From Phoronis australis (lineage: Eukaryota; Animalia; Phoronida): a stretch of DNA of 64,000 nt. The notes under the pieces were generated by a model. The model ran no database searches. It had not been told where the DNA came from and saw nothing but the letters and a program-made list of their open reading frames with translations. Below, piece after piece: positions 11,791 through 25,911 of this stretch (positions within the stretch are counted from its first letter, which is position 1; the number at the start of each line of letters is the position of its first letter). The DNA lies in contig NMRA01000245.1 in NCBI GenBank assembly GCA_002633005.1, forward strand, positions 496,001-560,000, given 5' to 3'. Made by a program: the position numbers and the translations under genes.

Positions 11791-14700
11791 GTTCTGGCAA
11801 CTGGACAGCAAGCCACAGCGAAACCAAATGAAACACTTAGACATGATTAGGGCAAAACTAAAGACTTTGAAATACTGAGATGACACCTGTTGTGTGCAAA
11901 TTTCGCGTCAATCAAGCAAGAAATCCATAGTAGATGTTACTATTTGTATAATGTTATTTACCACAGGAAATTGTCTTTTTACAGTCAGGTACCAAAGCCA
12001 TCCCAAATTCTTAAATGACTCAAGAATGGCACATTTGGATCACAAAACAAAAATAGTTCTGGAATTTCACCACAAAATAATGACTTTCAAAAGAATTAAA
12101 AAAGTATTTTTTTATTTTTGTTACTTTTTTAATAATAAAACTCAAAATATCTCCAAACGAAGTTCAACAAATGTCATGAAGAAGATGTGCTTATATGAAA
12201 TACTATTACCCTCGACTTGACTTTCACCTACTAGTTCCTTTGTTGACTAAGATCTGACTGCTTACTAACAACAGCATTGTGTACTAAACTCACATAATAG
12301 GTTAGTTTGTTAAGTTTAGTTGAATGTGAATATAGATCAGATTATGTTAGAAATGTCTTGGTTTTAACAGTCCATCGGAATCACAGTACATACCCCTTGT
12401 TTAATACACAAGTCCACCATCTTGAATATTTAATTAAGCAGAGTGAACAAACCAATTCTCGAGCGTGCGTTCCGGCCCTGTGTAAGTGGAAAAGAGTCAA
12501 ATTTTTTTCAAAAGATATCGACTGGATTGTCAAAAGATTGCAGTTATGACATTCCCGACAGGTCCAAAACTGTTTCAAACTCATTTTTTCCTAAAGAACA
12601 TTCTACGTTCAATTTTGGAGTGCATTGTAAGACCCTGAAATGTTGATATTTATAAAGTGGGCCACATTTCCATGCAGCCCAGTCAGTGGAGAAGCATTTA
12701 CACTGCTCGTTAGCCATCAATACAAAGAAAGTACAAGTTTTCGAGTTATTTCAATTAAAGTCCTATAGCAATTCCAAATTATCACTGTCATCGATTCATC
12801 GATCGCCCATAGTGGAGAAAATGGCGATACCAAGCTACAAAAAGGTTAGCGAAACCACACGATGAAATTTCTCATACATGTAGAAGTATGTAGTTTACAT
12901 GCAGGTTTTAGAAGCATTCAAATACGATTTTGAGAACAAAATGGCTGCCACGACTCTGCCATCTTGAATCTGATGTTGATACAAAATACAAGGCACCGAG
13001 CTCTACGCAGGATTTATGTTGTGTGTAGTATGCTTTCAGACTAAAAAAGAAACTTCAGGGCAAAACAACATGATTGAAGAAAATTCATATCACCAAGTAG
13101 AATTAAAAAGGATTTCTGTCTATCCCAATAAATCTCCATTGATCTATTTAGTATGGAGACTACAACTGTTATAAGAAAAAAAGAAATCAAATTCCTTCAC
13201 ACTATATTTCTAGACTTGGTCTGTAATGCAGAACAAAGCTCACACAACAACAGTAGGCAGGATCACTGATATTAACATCACTGTCTAACAACAGGCGTCT
13301 AATTAGGTTTTTACAGTAGGCAAGGAAAAACTAGCATGGAAAAACAAAAGGAATTACAGTAGACCACTATAGAGTGTGAGTATATATTGCCTGCACTGAC
13401 AGCAACACGAGAGTCGGATTTTAACCACTGAGAGACAAGAGATTGAACTGAGAGTATATTGGATACTTATTAGAGGATAGATTTAGTTAATGTATTGTGG
13501 TTGACCACACATAAAGGTGAGGGTTGACATGTTACTACTGTCTGCTAAGACTTATTCAAGGTAAGACAAATAATTATCACCTTTAAAATATTACCATAAA
13601 ATAAAATAAAATGAAACTTTGGGAGAATTTTTGTATAAGGAAATTATGAGGCAAACTTTCATTCGCTTTTGTCAGCCAGAGTTAAGGAGAGAACATAAAT
13701 CTGAGGTTTACAAGACATGAAAAAATTAATATTATTATTATTGGAGTACAAATATTTAAGAGGCCCACAACATTGGCAATGATTTTCGTAGAATAAGCTC
13801 CTAAACTGTTTTAATGCAGTAGTTTGCTGATTTTAAAGGCTGAGACCTTGACATCAAATCTTACTTTTATCAGGCCGAGTCCCTGCTCTGGCTGCAGAAG
13901 GAGGCCCAGCTCTGGTTGCAGAAGGCTCCACGTTGCACAATAGATACTTAAATTACATTTTACATCAAATACTTTGTGGTAATTTTGTTGGTGTTCGTTT
14001 TTGTTTACCTTTTGTTTGTTTTTCCATCAACACGAAATATACACTCTGTCTCTTTTGTCAATAGCTCCATCCCTAATTTTATTGTTAAAATGGGACTCAC
14101 AGGTTGTATTGAGGTGACCATATTTCATAGCCATTTTTGGGTCTTTACAAAGCCATACGTTGACAGACCTTTCAACTTGGTATGTGAATACAGGGTTGTC
14201 TGGTATGTGCCAGCCTTTTCTCCCAGCCTTTTCTCACTACAATGAACTTATCTGCACTTGCTTGTGAATTGTATGTTTCATGCTGAAATTCTTGTCAGAT
14301 AGGCATGGAATTTACAGACATCATCTACCTTGTCAATAGCTCAAGACCTTATAGTTTTTGGTTAAAATTGGGGGAAAAATTTTCAATCTTTTTTCACAGT
14401 CATGGATCGGTATCCTTTGACAGGATCTTTCTGAAACAATCCAGAGCTTAATATGCAAATTGTGTTGTCCACTTTTCGCTACGAATTACTGTTCTTGTTC
14501 AGATTTTCTGATGACTTATCGATTCTGATAGACCTCTGTGGCAGCGAATCAATGATGTCGACACTTGACCAATAAAATTTCACTGCTCAAAACTGTTAAT
14601 AGTACGTATTGTCTAAATTTTCTGTTACAATCCACAGCCTGCTCATTTCCACTTAAAACTTTCTCCCACTGACCTCAAATTGAAAGCTTAATTTGAGGTT

Positions 14701-17429
14701 TGTGGTTCCAGTCCCATAGTTGGTACTCAATAAAGGCAGATGACTTGCCTATTGTCTGTAAGGTCAGAGTTCAAAACCCAGTTTGCTACCGTGCTTTTTG
14801 TGGTAATCAACTGACGGCGTTTTTCTTCTTGTAAATTAAGTTTGTTTCATTGATTTTCTTAGCACACATTATTTTTGAAAAGATTTTAGAACAATTTATA
14901 TAACTGCTACATATTTTATTTTTATTGTTTGTAAAACCATGTGGTACACGTTCTCCACTCAGCACTACACTCTACAGTCCATCTTCACTATAATTTCCTT
15001 CCTGATCAATCACTATCATAGTTTTTGCTACCGTTCAGTTTCGTCAATTCCCGCTCTCTAGTCGCTTCATTTCGTCAATTGCTCCCTGGTAAATTCCATC
15101 CAACAAAAACGTTTGAGGAAACTGTCACCACTAGAACGCTATTTTTTCACCGCTTATTAGAAGGGAAAATGTTTTTAATTCCATTATTTTCAATTACATA
15201 GAAGCAGTCTTGGTAGTCTGATGGCATAATCATATTTAGGAAGAGTGCATACAGGTATAGTTCATATAGTTAATGTGACTTTGCTGCTGCATTGGAGAAC
15301 AACTGAACAATTAATCAAGAGGACTAACATGCTGGTCTGGTTATTGCGGGTTATTTGTGATCTTAATTATTCCAAATTCCTCGAAATGCTCTTTTACAGC
15401 TCATGAGAACTAAAATGGTGATGATGAAAAACAGCAAAAGCTTACCATTAGTAAATCCAGATTTTCACTCAGTTGTGTTTGCTTTAAGTTGTCGCACAGC
15501 CTGGGCTAAGGCTCGACAAGCCCCGGCCGCACCTGCATCTGGAGGTACATCTGGATCAAGTGCGTAACATAACGGAGCTTAACTTGGCACATCAACGACA
15601 CACGTATGTATTCAAGCTCATTGCTGTTAACTTCGTTGTCACCATTTTCACCTTAGAAATTGCATCGTTCAAATAGAAAATACCGAGTTCCTCGATACGC
15701 TAAACATAAACACTGCTTCTATGATCCCATGGTCGCTTGGGAGAATTGAGACTCTGATCAGATATTACAAGCTGGTTGGGCAATTGCGGAAGCTTAATTG
15801 CAGTGACTAACAAAAGAATAGGTCAATCGAGACACAAGAAGACCTGCACTTCTTCTCAAAGCAGCACAACCCCTCAAACTTGTACTATAATAACCACACC
15901 AATGACAATCATTTTTTGTTAATTTATGGACACCAAGGCACACATGTAATCCTAGACTAGGAAGCTCTATCTATCAACACCTCATCTGTCAAACGATTAT
16001 CTTTTAACATGTTGTCAATTAGTGCATGGTTCAATACTTAAAATGTTAAAACCCATCATTTTTAGAGTGAAATAAAACTGGGGAGTAAATAATTATACCA
16101 CTGAGATCCAAGAACCATAGATCACCAACAACTAATTAGTAACTGGTTGCTACTGGTTGTCCCCCCCCCCCNCCCCTGAGAGACAGTAATGTAGCAAGTG
16201 TCTCCTAGAACTATGAACAACCAATACTCAGAATGTCTCAGGTTTCCCTTGTCTGTGTGTGGCTATGGACATCTTGTTCACTGATTTTGGGATTTTTAAA
16301 AGAAATTGTAGAGAGGCGCTGAGTTTGTGGTGGTTGAATCTACACAATGTTCAATCATGCCATGGCAGTTTTATTTATTTCACAGTAGAAGGCAATCATC
16401 AGAAATTGGCCTAAGGTTGTGAACGAAAACAGGGTACAGGACATCAGTTCATCACAGAGTGGCATCATGGTTGCAAACTCCTTGTACCGATTATTTTGAT
16501 GAGCTTTGCTTTGATGTCGGCACATTCGAGAGAATGCTTTCATCTCTCAAAAGTGAACTGGAGTTCACAACTAACATGACCAAAGTACAAAACTACTGAT
16601 TTTTAACACTTTAAGAAAGGATTTAAAAAAACACGGGAGAAGCCAGACTGGGCGACTTCAGATATCAGAGAAAAGGAAGTGTTACAATATTCTATTGATG
16701 AATAATTAACGTGCTGATATGCTTCCAACTGTTGATTAAAACACACTTAAAAGTGCTCAACAAGGATTCAGATCCTATTTCACAGCATGCAAGCCCACTG
16801 GTTCACTAACATGTATAAAAATGTAGCCAATTTTGTTAAGTCAATTTAGCACATTTTTGTGTCATTCTATAGATGCGATGGCATCAAAGTTGTGCCACTG
16901 ATGTCATTACCATTTCATTGCCAAGAAATCATAACCTTCTGTTGTTTCACTACAAAATTTGCAGAGCCATACTGAGCTCAAATTTCATCAGCAAAATCAT
17001 GCAGCCAATTTCCCTAAAAAACTGGGAAATGCGTGACCTTCAAGACGTAAGAGCCTGCAGAAACCAAAGAAATGAATTATTTAAATTATGTCTGTTTTAG
17101 TGATAACAAACAATAGGCGACACTCAGCAAAATTGAATGATAAATGAAAATGATGATGAAGCAGACGGAAACAAAAATGTAAATGATAACAGTATATGTG
17201 GGTATTAGGAGTTTTTAAGGAAAATGTTTGCTCAAGTGTTTTGTTTGTAGGCACAGGTGTTTGTCTTTGTACAAGCATGTCTTACCCAGATATAAGCACA
17301 TGAATTGTCCTCAACAAAACCATATAATCTTGCCCGTGCGAAATATTCTTTCCTATACTACTTTATAACTCACTTTTGCAAAGAGTAAAAAATAAAATGA
17401 GGCCACTACGGTGGCAGGCCAAGCATCTA

Positions 17430-18160
17430 CCGTATTCGCCGTAATAACCGTCCATGCCCCTATAAGCACGCATTTTTAGACTTTACTAAAATAAGCGCCC
17501 AGCCCATGAACGTGTACGTGAGAAAAATGACTTACCTACAGTCCTAAAATTCTACAGTAACGTCTTCAATTTATCAATAATATCCGACAGTCCTGAAAAA
17601 AATCATTGTGCGCAGAATTTGTAGACCACGAGCCTCGCCGTTATGTTGGTATTTAGCCGTGACTATACACTTCAAACTTCCGCCATGCCTCAAAACGAAC
17701 ATAAAGTTCTGCTGATATTGCAAGGACCAATGGTCTGACCTTTCAGAACAGAAGTAGTGTACTTGTCTACGGGATTGCTTTGTAGATATTTCCCGCTTTC
17801 AACAGGAATCCAAATTTCTTTGTAGGCCTACACGTGAAAACCGCGAATCGAAGACTAATAAACAGCTTGGCCAGTGTTAAAACCACGTGGCCAGGAAGCG
17901 CGCGCTACATACACGAACCTGTCATCAAAGGCATTAGTCGGGAACTATCCATTCATGAAACGGGTAGCATAGCATCGGCAAGAAATGAATATTGGCACTA
18001 ATTTCCGACAGTTTCTCATACTATAAAATTTTTTGCTTTATTTGTAAAATGAATTGTTTGATTAACCATAATTGGTGTTTTTAAGCCAGATATCTGATAA
18101 TAAGCGCCCCCCGAAACGAACTTTTCTAAGCGCCCTGGGTGGTTATTAAGGCGAATACGG
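17430..18160. mobile_element. Non-autonomous Tc1/mariner-superfamily (Tc2/pogo-like) element, 731 bp
   Basis: TIR CCGTATTCGCCGTAATAACC vs right reverse complement CCGTATTCGCCTTAATAACC (19/20), flanked by TA on both sides. Subterminal TAAGCGCCC repeats; CpG-rich interior; no transposase ORF. Confidence 0.9.
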
Positions 18161-21100
18161 TAATTTGAAAGACACAAAGTTTATAAATTCTACTTTGATT
18201 GAATAAGAAGTAGCATGCAAACAATGAACAAATTGGTCTGTTTCCATTTCTTGTCATTTTTATCAACTCAAATTCCATAAGAGTGGGAGAAAAATTATGA
18301 CTGTTCATTTAGTAGAGTACCTAGTTTTGCACCCCTTGATCAAATGAAAATACAAAATGGCAACCATAGACACCATCTTGAATTCAAATTTCAGGTGAAA
18401 CTCAACAAGTATGCCCAACTAAAAGTCATGGCATACATATTGAAACCTCTGTTGGACAAAATGTGTTGAAATATCTCATTAAAAAGGTTGTCATGACCAT
18501 CACTGTGATATGGATGAGGTTAAGGGTAGGCGAATTAGTAGCATATGCTTTGTTTTACAACTACGCTGATTTTGAAACAGTATAACAAGAGTGAGTTTTA
18601 GAAGTCTTCAATTGCAAAGTTGAAAACAAAATTGTCGCCAAATCTGTCATCTTGCATCCAGACAAACATCAGAGTAAAGCAACATACTTGACATCTGCCT
18701 TGGCGCAAAACTTTCACCAAGTAACACTAACAGTGGCCATACATTGTAAAGAGCTTCAACACCTTTCTGTATTGTGACTTTGGGCTTGATACAAGAAAAA
18801 CTGTGTTGCTGCTATGGAAATGCATTGAAATTTGGACAGTGCTATAGACCTACTTTCAACCATGAGTAAAACTGTATTTAAAATTTTGTTCGTGAGAAGC
18901 CAAAAACACCAATTTTGTGAATCATAACTGACTGAAAAGGAACCAGACATGTGTCAATAACTTGATATTATACATCAAAATTCTATTTTTAACACTAAAA
19001 AACACAGAACGCTACGAAAACTATCTCTCGCACAAACAAAAACAGTCCAACATCATCACAGTTTTGCACAAGCTCAGACACACAACACCGTGGAAAATGT
19101 GAAATTAAAAAACTACCACTGACGACACCCTGACACTAATAGCCAACAATGAAATTTAGTGGTGGTAGGCAGCTGAGGGTAATTAAAGTGCTCTCCAGTT
19201 GTCATGGTCACCTTGCACATTTTGAAACAGATACCCAACTGTACCAGCTACTTAGAAAGAAATATTATACAAAAAAAAGAATTCTGGAGTGGGTGTCTGT
19301 CTGTAGGTGATTGGCAAAGTTCTCGAATTCAATAGCAAAAAGTTGTTGTGATCTAAAGTTACAAATTGTGGTCTAATTTTAGATGAAAGTTTGACAATCA
19401 AAGAGGCAGATAATTATAAATGTATATTTTGCCGTTTGGTTTCTACTGACAAAAGCAGCGCTAAAGTGTAACAATATTACCAGGAAATACTAAGCAAAGG
19501 TAAAAAAACAGGTGACATAACTTCAACAAATGGTTTACATTATTCTAAGAAAACTAATAATTTTTGCACTGTGACTGGATAGCTCCCACAGTAATTTCAT
19601 GGCCTGTTGACAACTATGCAATGCACAGACTCTCTTTTTTTCCATCAGTCAAGAAAAAAGGGAGTTCCATTTCTGATTTCTTTTGCACCAAGTCTGTCAG
19701 CCTGGCAGACAACTTGAGCTGAGAATTAGTTGTGAACAGAATTTGGTGAAATTCAAATGGAGGGGGAAGGGGTGTAAATCAGGCCAAATATAGTGGAAAT
19801 GTATTTTATTGCCAACGTCATAGTGGTCAGAGGTCAATGATCACAAGGCTTGTGAAGGTGAACCGTCTTTATAACACTGATCAAGTCGAATATATATATA
19901 TAAATATATAATTAATATAAAAATATATAATTAATTCATGATTCACTGAGGTAGAAATAAAGAAGCAAGTGAAAAGGTCCTCACAAATGCGGCACAGTAC
20001 CAAGTGTCCCCAATCAATCAGCAAAGCGGCAATAAAGCATGAACCTTCAAACAGCTAAAGAATATTCCACAGGGTAATCTGTGCATTGTCACCACAGTTG
20101 ATGTATCTGTTCCTTAAACCAACTTGTCCAGGTGATCGATTGTCACTGACTTTTTTTATTAAGCACGACAATGGAAGACCACCAGACAATGCTGCTTCAT
20201 TTAAGCAAGCAGACTTTTAATTTGAAGAAAGTTAACTTATGATTTAGACCACTTGCTGAGCAACAAAATTGGTTTCAACTTGCTCCTTAATTTGAAGAGT
20301 GATTTCTGGGCATGCAATGAAATGAAAGTTGTTTTGAGAAGCGCTCAACACATAAAATTACACATGCAGTGACAAGCTAACTTGCAGAACCTCCACTGGT
20401 CTAGAGCAATAACCGATTGACACACAGTTTCCTGAAATCGCCCACATTTTAATACTAAGAAACAATTTTAGATCAATTTCATAACTAAACGTTATTTTTT
20501 TCTGATGGAAGGCAGGTTTATAGAAGCTTTAGGCCAGGATTTAAAACAGTAGGAAAATGAAAACAAACATTTGGATTTAATTAAATGCTCAACTGCAGAA
20601 TAATGATTACACTTAAATTGTATTTGTGATGTGTCCAAGGTTTACACTGATGCAAACTTGACAGTTCAGTTTTCAAACGTCAATCAAAACTTTTCAAAAT
20701 AAAAAGTAAATCCACAGGCGTTCAGTTCTGCACACTTCCCTACGCTCTCCAGAGCTCTCGCTGTTTTAGCGACATGACACATATTAATTAATTTCAAATC
20801 ATTGCTAAAAAAATCCGGGATTCGAATGGCTATTAAGGAAATTAAACGGGGTAAATCAGCCATACCTTTGCACTGTCAATCAGTACTGAACATGAGATGT
20901 GCATTACAATATTACATGTGAAACAAAACTACATTGTAGCTTTCAGCAACTGGGGTGTGTAATACACATGAATCAATGGAGATGGCATGCTTGACATGGC
21001 TGAACATTGTGACACAACACAAATGTCCAGACATCTTGACTGGGGCCATCTCAGACTTGTGCAAATGGAGGAAGAGCGTTGAACCCTACATTATCCAGGA

Positions 21101-21505
21101 CAAAAACACAAAGCAATATTTCGCACTCTTTGAAAACGCATTTAGTTACAATCGTAGACTTGCTTCCATCTGCTTCAATGAAACTGTCTTATTATTGCAC
21201 GGAATAAGATAAGCATATCACGAACCCATGGTGATTTCAAAGCGTCTAATCAGGATGATAGCAAAGTGTACTCAAGTGTACTTAAGACAGCAGCCTGAGT
21301 GCACTCAGTAACACACACCTAACATTACCCTAACCTCACCTGAAGTAAAGCAGAAGTGCACTCTACTTAATTTCATTCACGCTGAGTTCCCCGCTGAGAC
21401 CTGGAGTCTGAGTACAAAGAAATGTCACAATTTCTGGACTCAATATGGCCGACAAGTGAAATTATAGATTCACACAGTTTCATCACAGATAAGTAATACA
21501 AAATA

Positions 21506-22906
21506 CCGTAAACTAGCGCCAGGTTAACACCCTGGGCGCTTAAATTGGGAAACCTTGAGACAGGGGGGAGGACGATAACCCAAGCAGTGGGTGCTTAAAC
21601 TAAAAAATTGGCAAAAGTCAGGGGTGGGCGATTACCTAAGTAGTAGGCGCTTATGTCCAAGTTTTAGCCGAATTGGGCAAGCTCGCGCAGTGTTCATTCA
21701 AGCATAGAACAAGTAAGTTTAGTCAAGAAGTGGGACCTGACAACCACAAAGTTTGTCATGGAAACAGGATTTCGACTTTGAAATGGTGATTTCGTGAGAA
21801 TGTTGCTAAAAACTCTGATGTTTTCAAATATATTAGCGTGCTGCAAAATGTCATATCACGGAGCTTTATGAAACTCGACTGGCAGTCCACTTACCGTGTC
21901 ACCAAGTACTATTTCAGATCAGTGAACGTGACTACATTTCATTATCTGCGCTATTGTATTGATAGTGTTATTCGTACGACTGTGTTTAGTTTGAACTTTT
22001 CCAGCCCCGTCACATCGCTGTTAATGTCGTCTGCGTATTAAACCCGATGAACTTTCAACTCACTCTTTAGTTTATCTGGCGCTGGATTAAAAACTCGGAC
22101 GATTCGTTCCTGGCTGACACAAACTGTTTGCAATTACAATGAGAGGGGTGTATGAATATTGCTCAATTCAAATCTGAGGAAATATATCTATCAACATCCT
22201 GTACTCTATGCGTGCAATTATAACGAGAGGGGGGTTTGATTAATTGGTCAATTCAAGTATGGGTCGACCCAGGAGAAAAATCTAGCAAAATCAACTGCTC
22301 CGTCTAAAAATACATGTCGATGTTTCGCAGTTTTACCTCTTCTAGCCAAACACTCAAAAAAACTTGATCTATTGAAGTCAAAAACGCATCGGAAAGGGTG
22401 CCTGATAAGAAAAAATTTAGACTAGGTAATTTGAAAACTTGTCACCAAGACAAAACTACATCGGTGACGACTACGACATCGTAGGCCTAATCTCGTAGTA
22501 GACTAGCGTCACTTCTATAAAAATCTACCGAGTAGGTCTATATTAATTTAACACAAGATCAGTTGATACATGTAAAAAAGGTGCTCGCTGCGCACGAATT
22601 ATTCCACAAAAGTAGGGTGAAAAAACGTACTTTTCGAGATAATTATACGCAGGTGTAAGCACGGCGTGTTTCCGCAAATACGGAAGTCTGAGCCCGAGGT
22701 GAAGCTTTGAACAAAAGCACGGGTTCAAGTTCTGTAGGTGGTAAGTTGAGGATATGCGATTACCCAAGAGGTGAGCGCTTACGTGGAAATTAGCATAAAG
22801 TAGAGGATGGGCAATTACGCAAGCAATGGGCACTTAAACTGAAAACTGACCAAAAGTTGGGGATGGGCGATTACCTGGGCATGGGCATTAACCCGCGAGT
22901 TTACGG
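21506..22906. mobile_element. Non-autonomous Tc2/pogo-like element, 1401 bp
   Basis: TA-CCGTAAACTAGCG ... CGCGAGTTTACGG-TA. Both ends have GGGCGATTACC / GGGCGCTTAA subterminal arrays. No long ORF. Confidence 0.88.
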
Positions 22907-23719
22907 TATATGCTATGACAATTTTATAGTACAAAAACAACTACCGAAGCCACCATCAGACAGTTATTGGGAAATTGTGGGCACTTAAAGCAACGTTAGA
23001 ACCATTTGAAAAACTATTTTTCAATTATTTTTGTTTGAAATCTGTGACATTTTACCATGATAATAAAGATGATCCCATGTAAATGACACTTTAACCAAGA
23101 AGAGACCAACATCAAAGTTCACACTGAATGACACCCAACTCATCTACTATCACAAACTCAGATACAAAAAAATCTTCCTAGTTGACTCATCAAATTAATT
23201 ACAACTGTACTCATAAGTTTATTCCTTTCTCAATCAATGTCATTACTGCAGATTTCTATTGTCTAAAATTAGAATTGCTATACGCTCCATCCACGGAGGA
23301 CAGGCTCAATGACTGGCACATTGGTAATCTCTACAACACGAATTTGATTAATATCTCAAATTCAAATAACGAGAAGAGCATTTCTTAGTATGCAGGACTA
23401 CATGAGTAGTACGATTCCAAGAAAACAATCGCGTTCTCAGCTGAGAGTGAGTGTATACAAGATATCCTCTCAATGCAAACTAAATTACCTGGAAAGCGTT
23501 ATATTAAGGCCCTTCCCACTCAGTTAAACCCCCCCTCCCCCGATAATATCAAAGCTTCAATGTTAACACTGGTTAACCACAACGATAGCGTTGCCGTTCC
23601 CATCAGCTTTGGGGTTAGTCGAATGACTGATTCAGCGGAGTTACTGAAAGATGATGCTACTACGACCTTTTCAAAGCATAGACTGCCCTGTCGTCTGCTA
23701 GTGTTTTACCAGGTAGTGT

Positions 23720-24350
23720 GAAGAATCCAGCACAAACATGAAAAATTTCAGAGCTAGGACTCTGCAAACATTATTGAAAAATGGCCATCAAGGGGCCATC
23801 TTGCGTCCAATTTCATCTAATAACAAAAGCCCTCGGGCTATTGACTAAGTTAGCACTGAGCGTATATTCATGTCAATTGGACAAAAAAGTGCGATCGCTA
23901 GGAAATCTGTCAAGGAATGCCAAAGACATGGCAAAAAAACTCAGTTATTTGAAGACCAGTCCTTGGAAAATAACGGTAAGACCTAGCGAAAAACAAAGAC
24001 AACTGCGATAGCTCTTTCGATGATCTATCCAAAGACAAAATCAAAAAACCCATCAGAAAGGGCGGAGCTATGACCCCACAACCAAATAAAATGGAAAAAT
24101 GGCCATCACAGCACCATCTTGTTTTTGATTTTACCCAAAAACGGATTAGAGCCATTCTTGAAACACGTTGTGTATAAAAACCACATTGATCCAATAAGAA
24201 CTGGGACCTGTAAGTGTTCGAACAAAGAAACAAACAATACAAATTTTATGACACACTTGGAGATATTTTATTTCACCAAGTAATAAATATTAGAACAAAA
24301 TATTAATGGATGATAAATAGCCACTGCTTGCTACCAGCAAATGCAGTGAA
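23720..24350. mobile_element. Unclassified interspersed repeat with AAAATGGCC...CCATCTTG motifs, (AAAC)-type tract and terminal hairpin (Helitron/Helentron-like architecture, tentative)
   Basis: AAAATGGCCATCA..(C/G)CCATCTTG at ~23778 and ~24096; related motifs at ~12938, ~18354 and ~18628. AACAAAGAAACAAACAA at ~24221. Hairpin CACTGC-TTGCT-ACC-AGCAA-AT-GCAGTG at ~24322-24348. Confidence 0.35.
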
Positions 24351-25768
24351 CCCTCAGTGATGATAACTTAGATGATATCAAAGTCAAACGTTTCTATTGT
24401 AGTAAATTGTTGACCTTTCACTGTTAACTTCAATCCAAGAACAAAATTAAGTGTTCCCACATTGACTAAAACTTAGCTAACACTGAAGCTTGGAAGCTAG
24501 TGGCTCCAAACTCCATAATTTCCAACATTATCATTTTAAACAACTCACTGTGTTTTGTTGAATGCGGCTTAATTCCCACCCAATAATTTTTCCGTTAAAG
24601 GCCCTAGGCATTAACTGAAATTAATACCGCTGTTTATTTGATTAGTTTTTAGTGGACACAACCAGCAGATCATTAACTTAAGACACCCAATCTCCTGGTG
24701 AGAGCCACCTGTTTACATTTAATATCCATAAAGTTGTGAAACAGATATAGACACATGGTCCAAGTCAAAATTATATACAAATATGAAAAAAATTTAAGGG
24801 AACCACAGCTACAGGATGGACTCGTGTAAAAAATATGAAGTATTCTAACACCTTTGTATAGCTATTTAACCCAAAACTTGAATTAGTTTTCAAAAGTGGC
24901 GCTATAAGGGGCTTTGGAATGAAGAGGTTGTAAATGCAATATATCTTCACTGCTCATAAACTGAAGATGTTGTGACCAGACTGACCTGACAGGTAAACAT
25001 AAGTATTCTCAACCCAGAAGTAGACAGGTATTGAAAAAATCGATGCACTAATTAAAATATAATAAGCAGGGGATCTTAGCGGCAGTCCACAAGGTCACAC
25101 CTTGAGCTGGAGACTTGAGGACTGGTGGCTGCGATGTATAGACACGCAACCAGAATATATTGAATACATGAAAGGGATATGCAAGACAGTTTGTCTCTTT
25201 AAAGAATGTATTTTTAAATTCAGTCCAATTTTACAGACCATTTCAAACAATTTGTGACGACACCGGGATGTAGCATATAGTGGGAAAGTTAGAGTCAGAT
25301 CAGTTCTGTAAAAAAGCTATCCAAAAACTGACCTGAATTTGTTCAATCTGGGTCTTGCTTAGGAAAAAACCAAAGTCCTCTTTGAACACGAGGAAAGATC
25401 AAAACTAATACATTGGTTTCTAGTACTGATGGATTCTATAACTTATCTCTCTTGGTATCAAATGCGCTTGAAATTATATCACATACAAGAAAAAAAGAAA
25501 GATGTGTGTCTTATGAAAAATTAAAAACCTTTCAGAGAATAGTAAGTATGCGAATAGGATTAAAATGACTAAAAAAATCAATAAAAGTTTTAAATGCATA
25601 CAAATTAAGCAGACGATGATCACTGCAAGCTCTCAAGCTCCGTTTGGTAGAATAAATGCTAGTCATTATTGTAAAATCAGAAAGTGAACAGACATTTGCA
25701 ATTTTTATACAACAAAATTACAAGCATGGCCGCTGATCACATGGTCAGACTTCCTTCACACACCATTT

Positions 25769-25911
25769 CAGTGGCGTGTCTATGGAATTAGAGGGCTTCG
25801 AGCACCTCTCATGGGGTCATAACCAAACAGGAAAGAATCAAAAGTGCCACTAGGAAATCAAAAAGGCACCATCACTGGGGCCCCATCACCAAAACTGCGG
25901 CTTTGTCACTG
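25769..25911. mobile_element. Small CAGTG-terminus TIR element with imperfect 5-bp TSD
   Basis: CAGTGGC...GTCACTG termini; flanks CATTT (25764-25768) and TATTT (25912-25916). Confidence 0.5.

Noticed and set aside
14720-14790. tRNA or tRNA-derived SINE head (GAGTTCAAAACCC B-box-like)
   Set aside because: No cloverleaf or convincing A-box; too degenerate to call.
21636-21656. CTAAGTAGTAG resembling the 5' end of miR-252
   Set aside because: The match stops after about 12 nt, there is no hairpin, and it lies in a transposon subterminal repeat.
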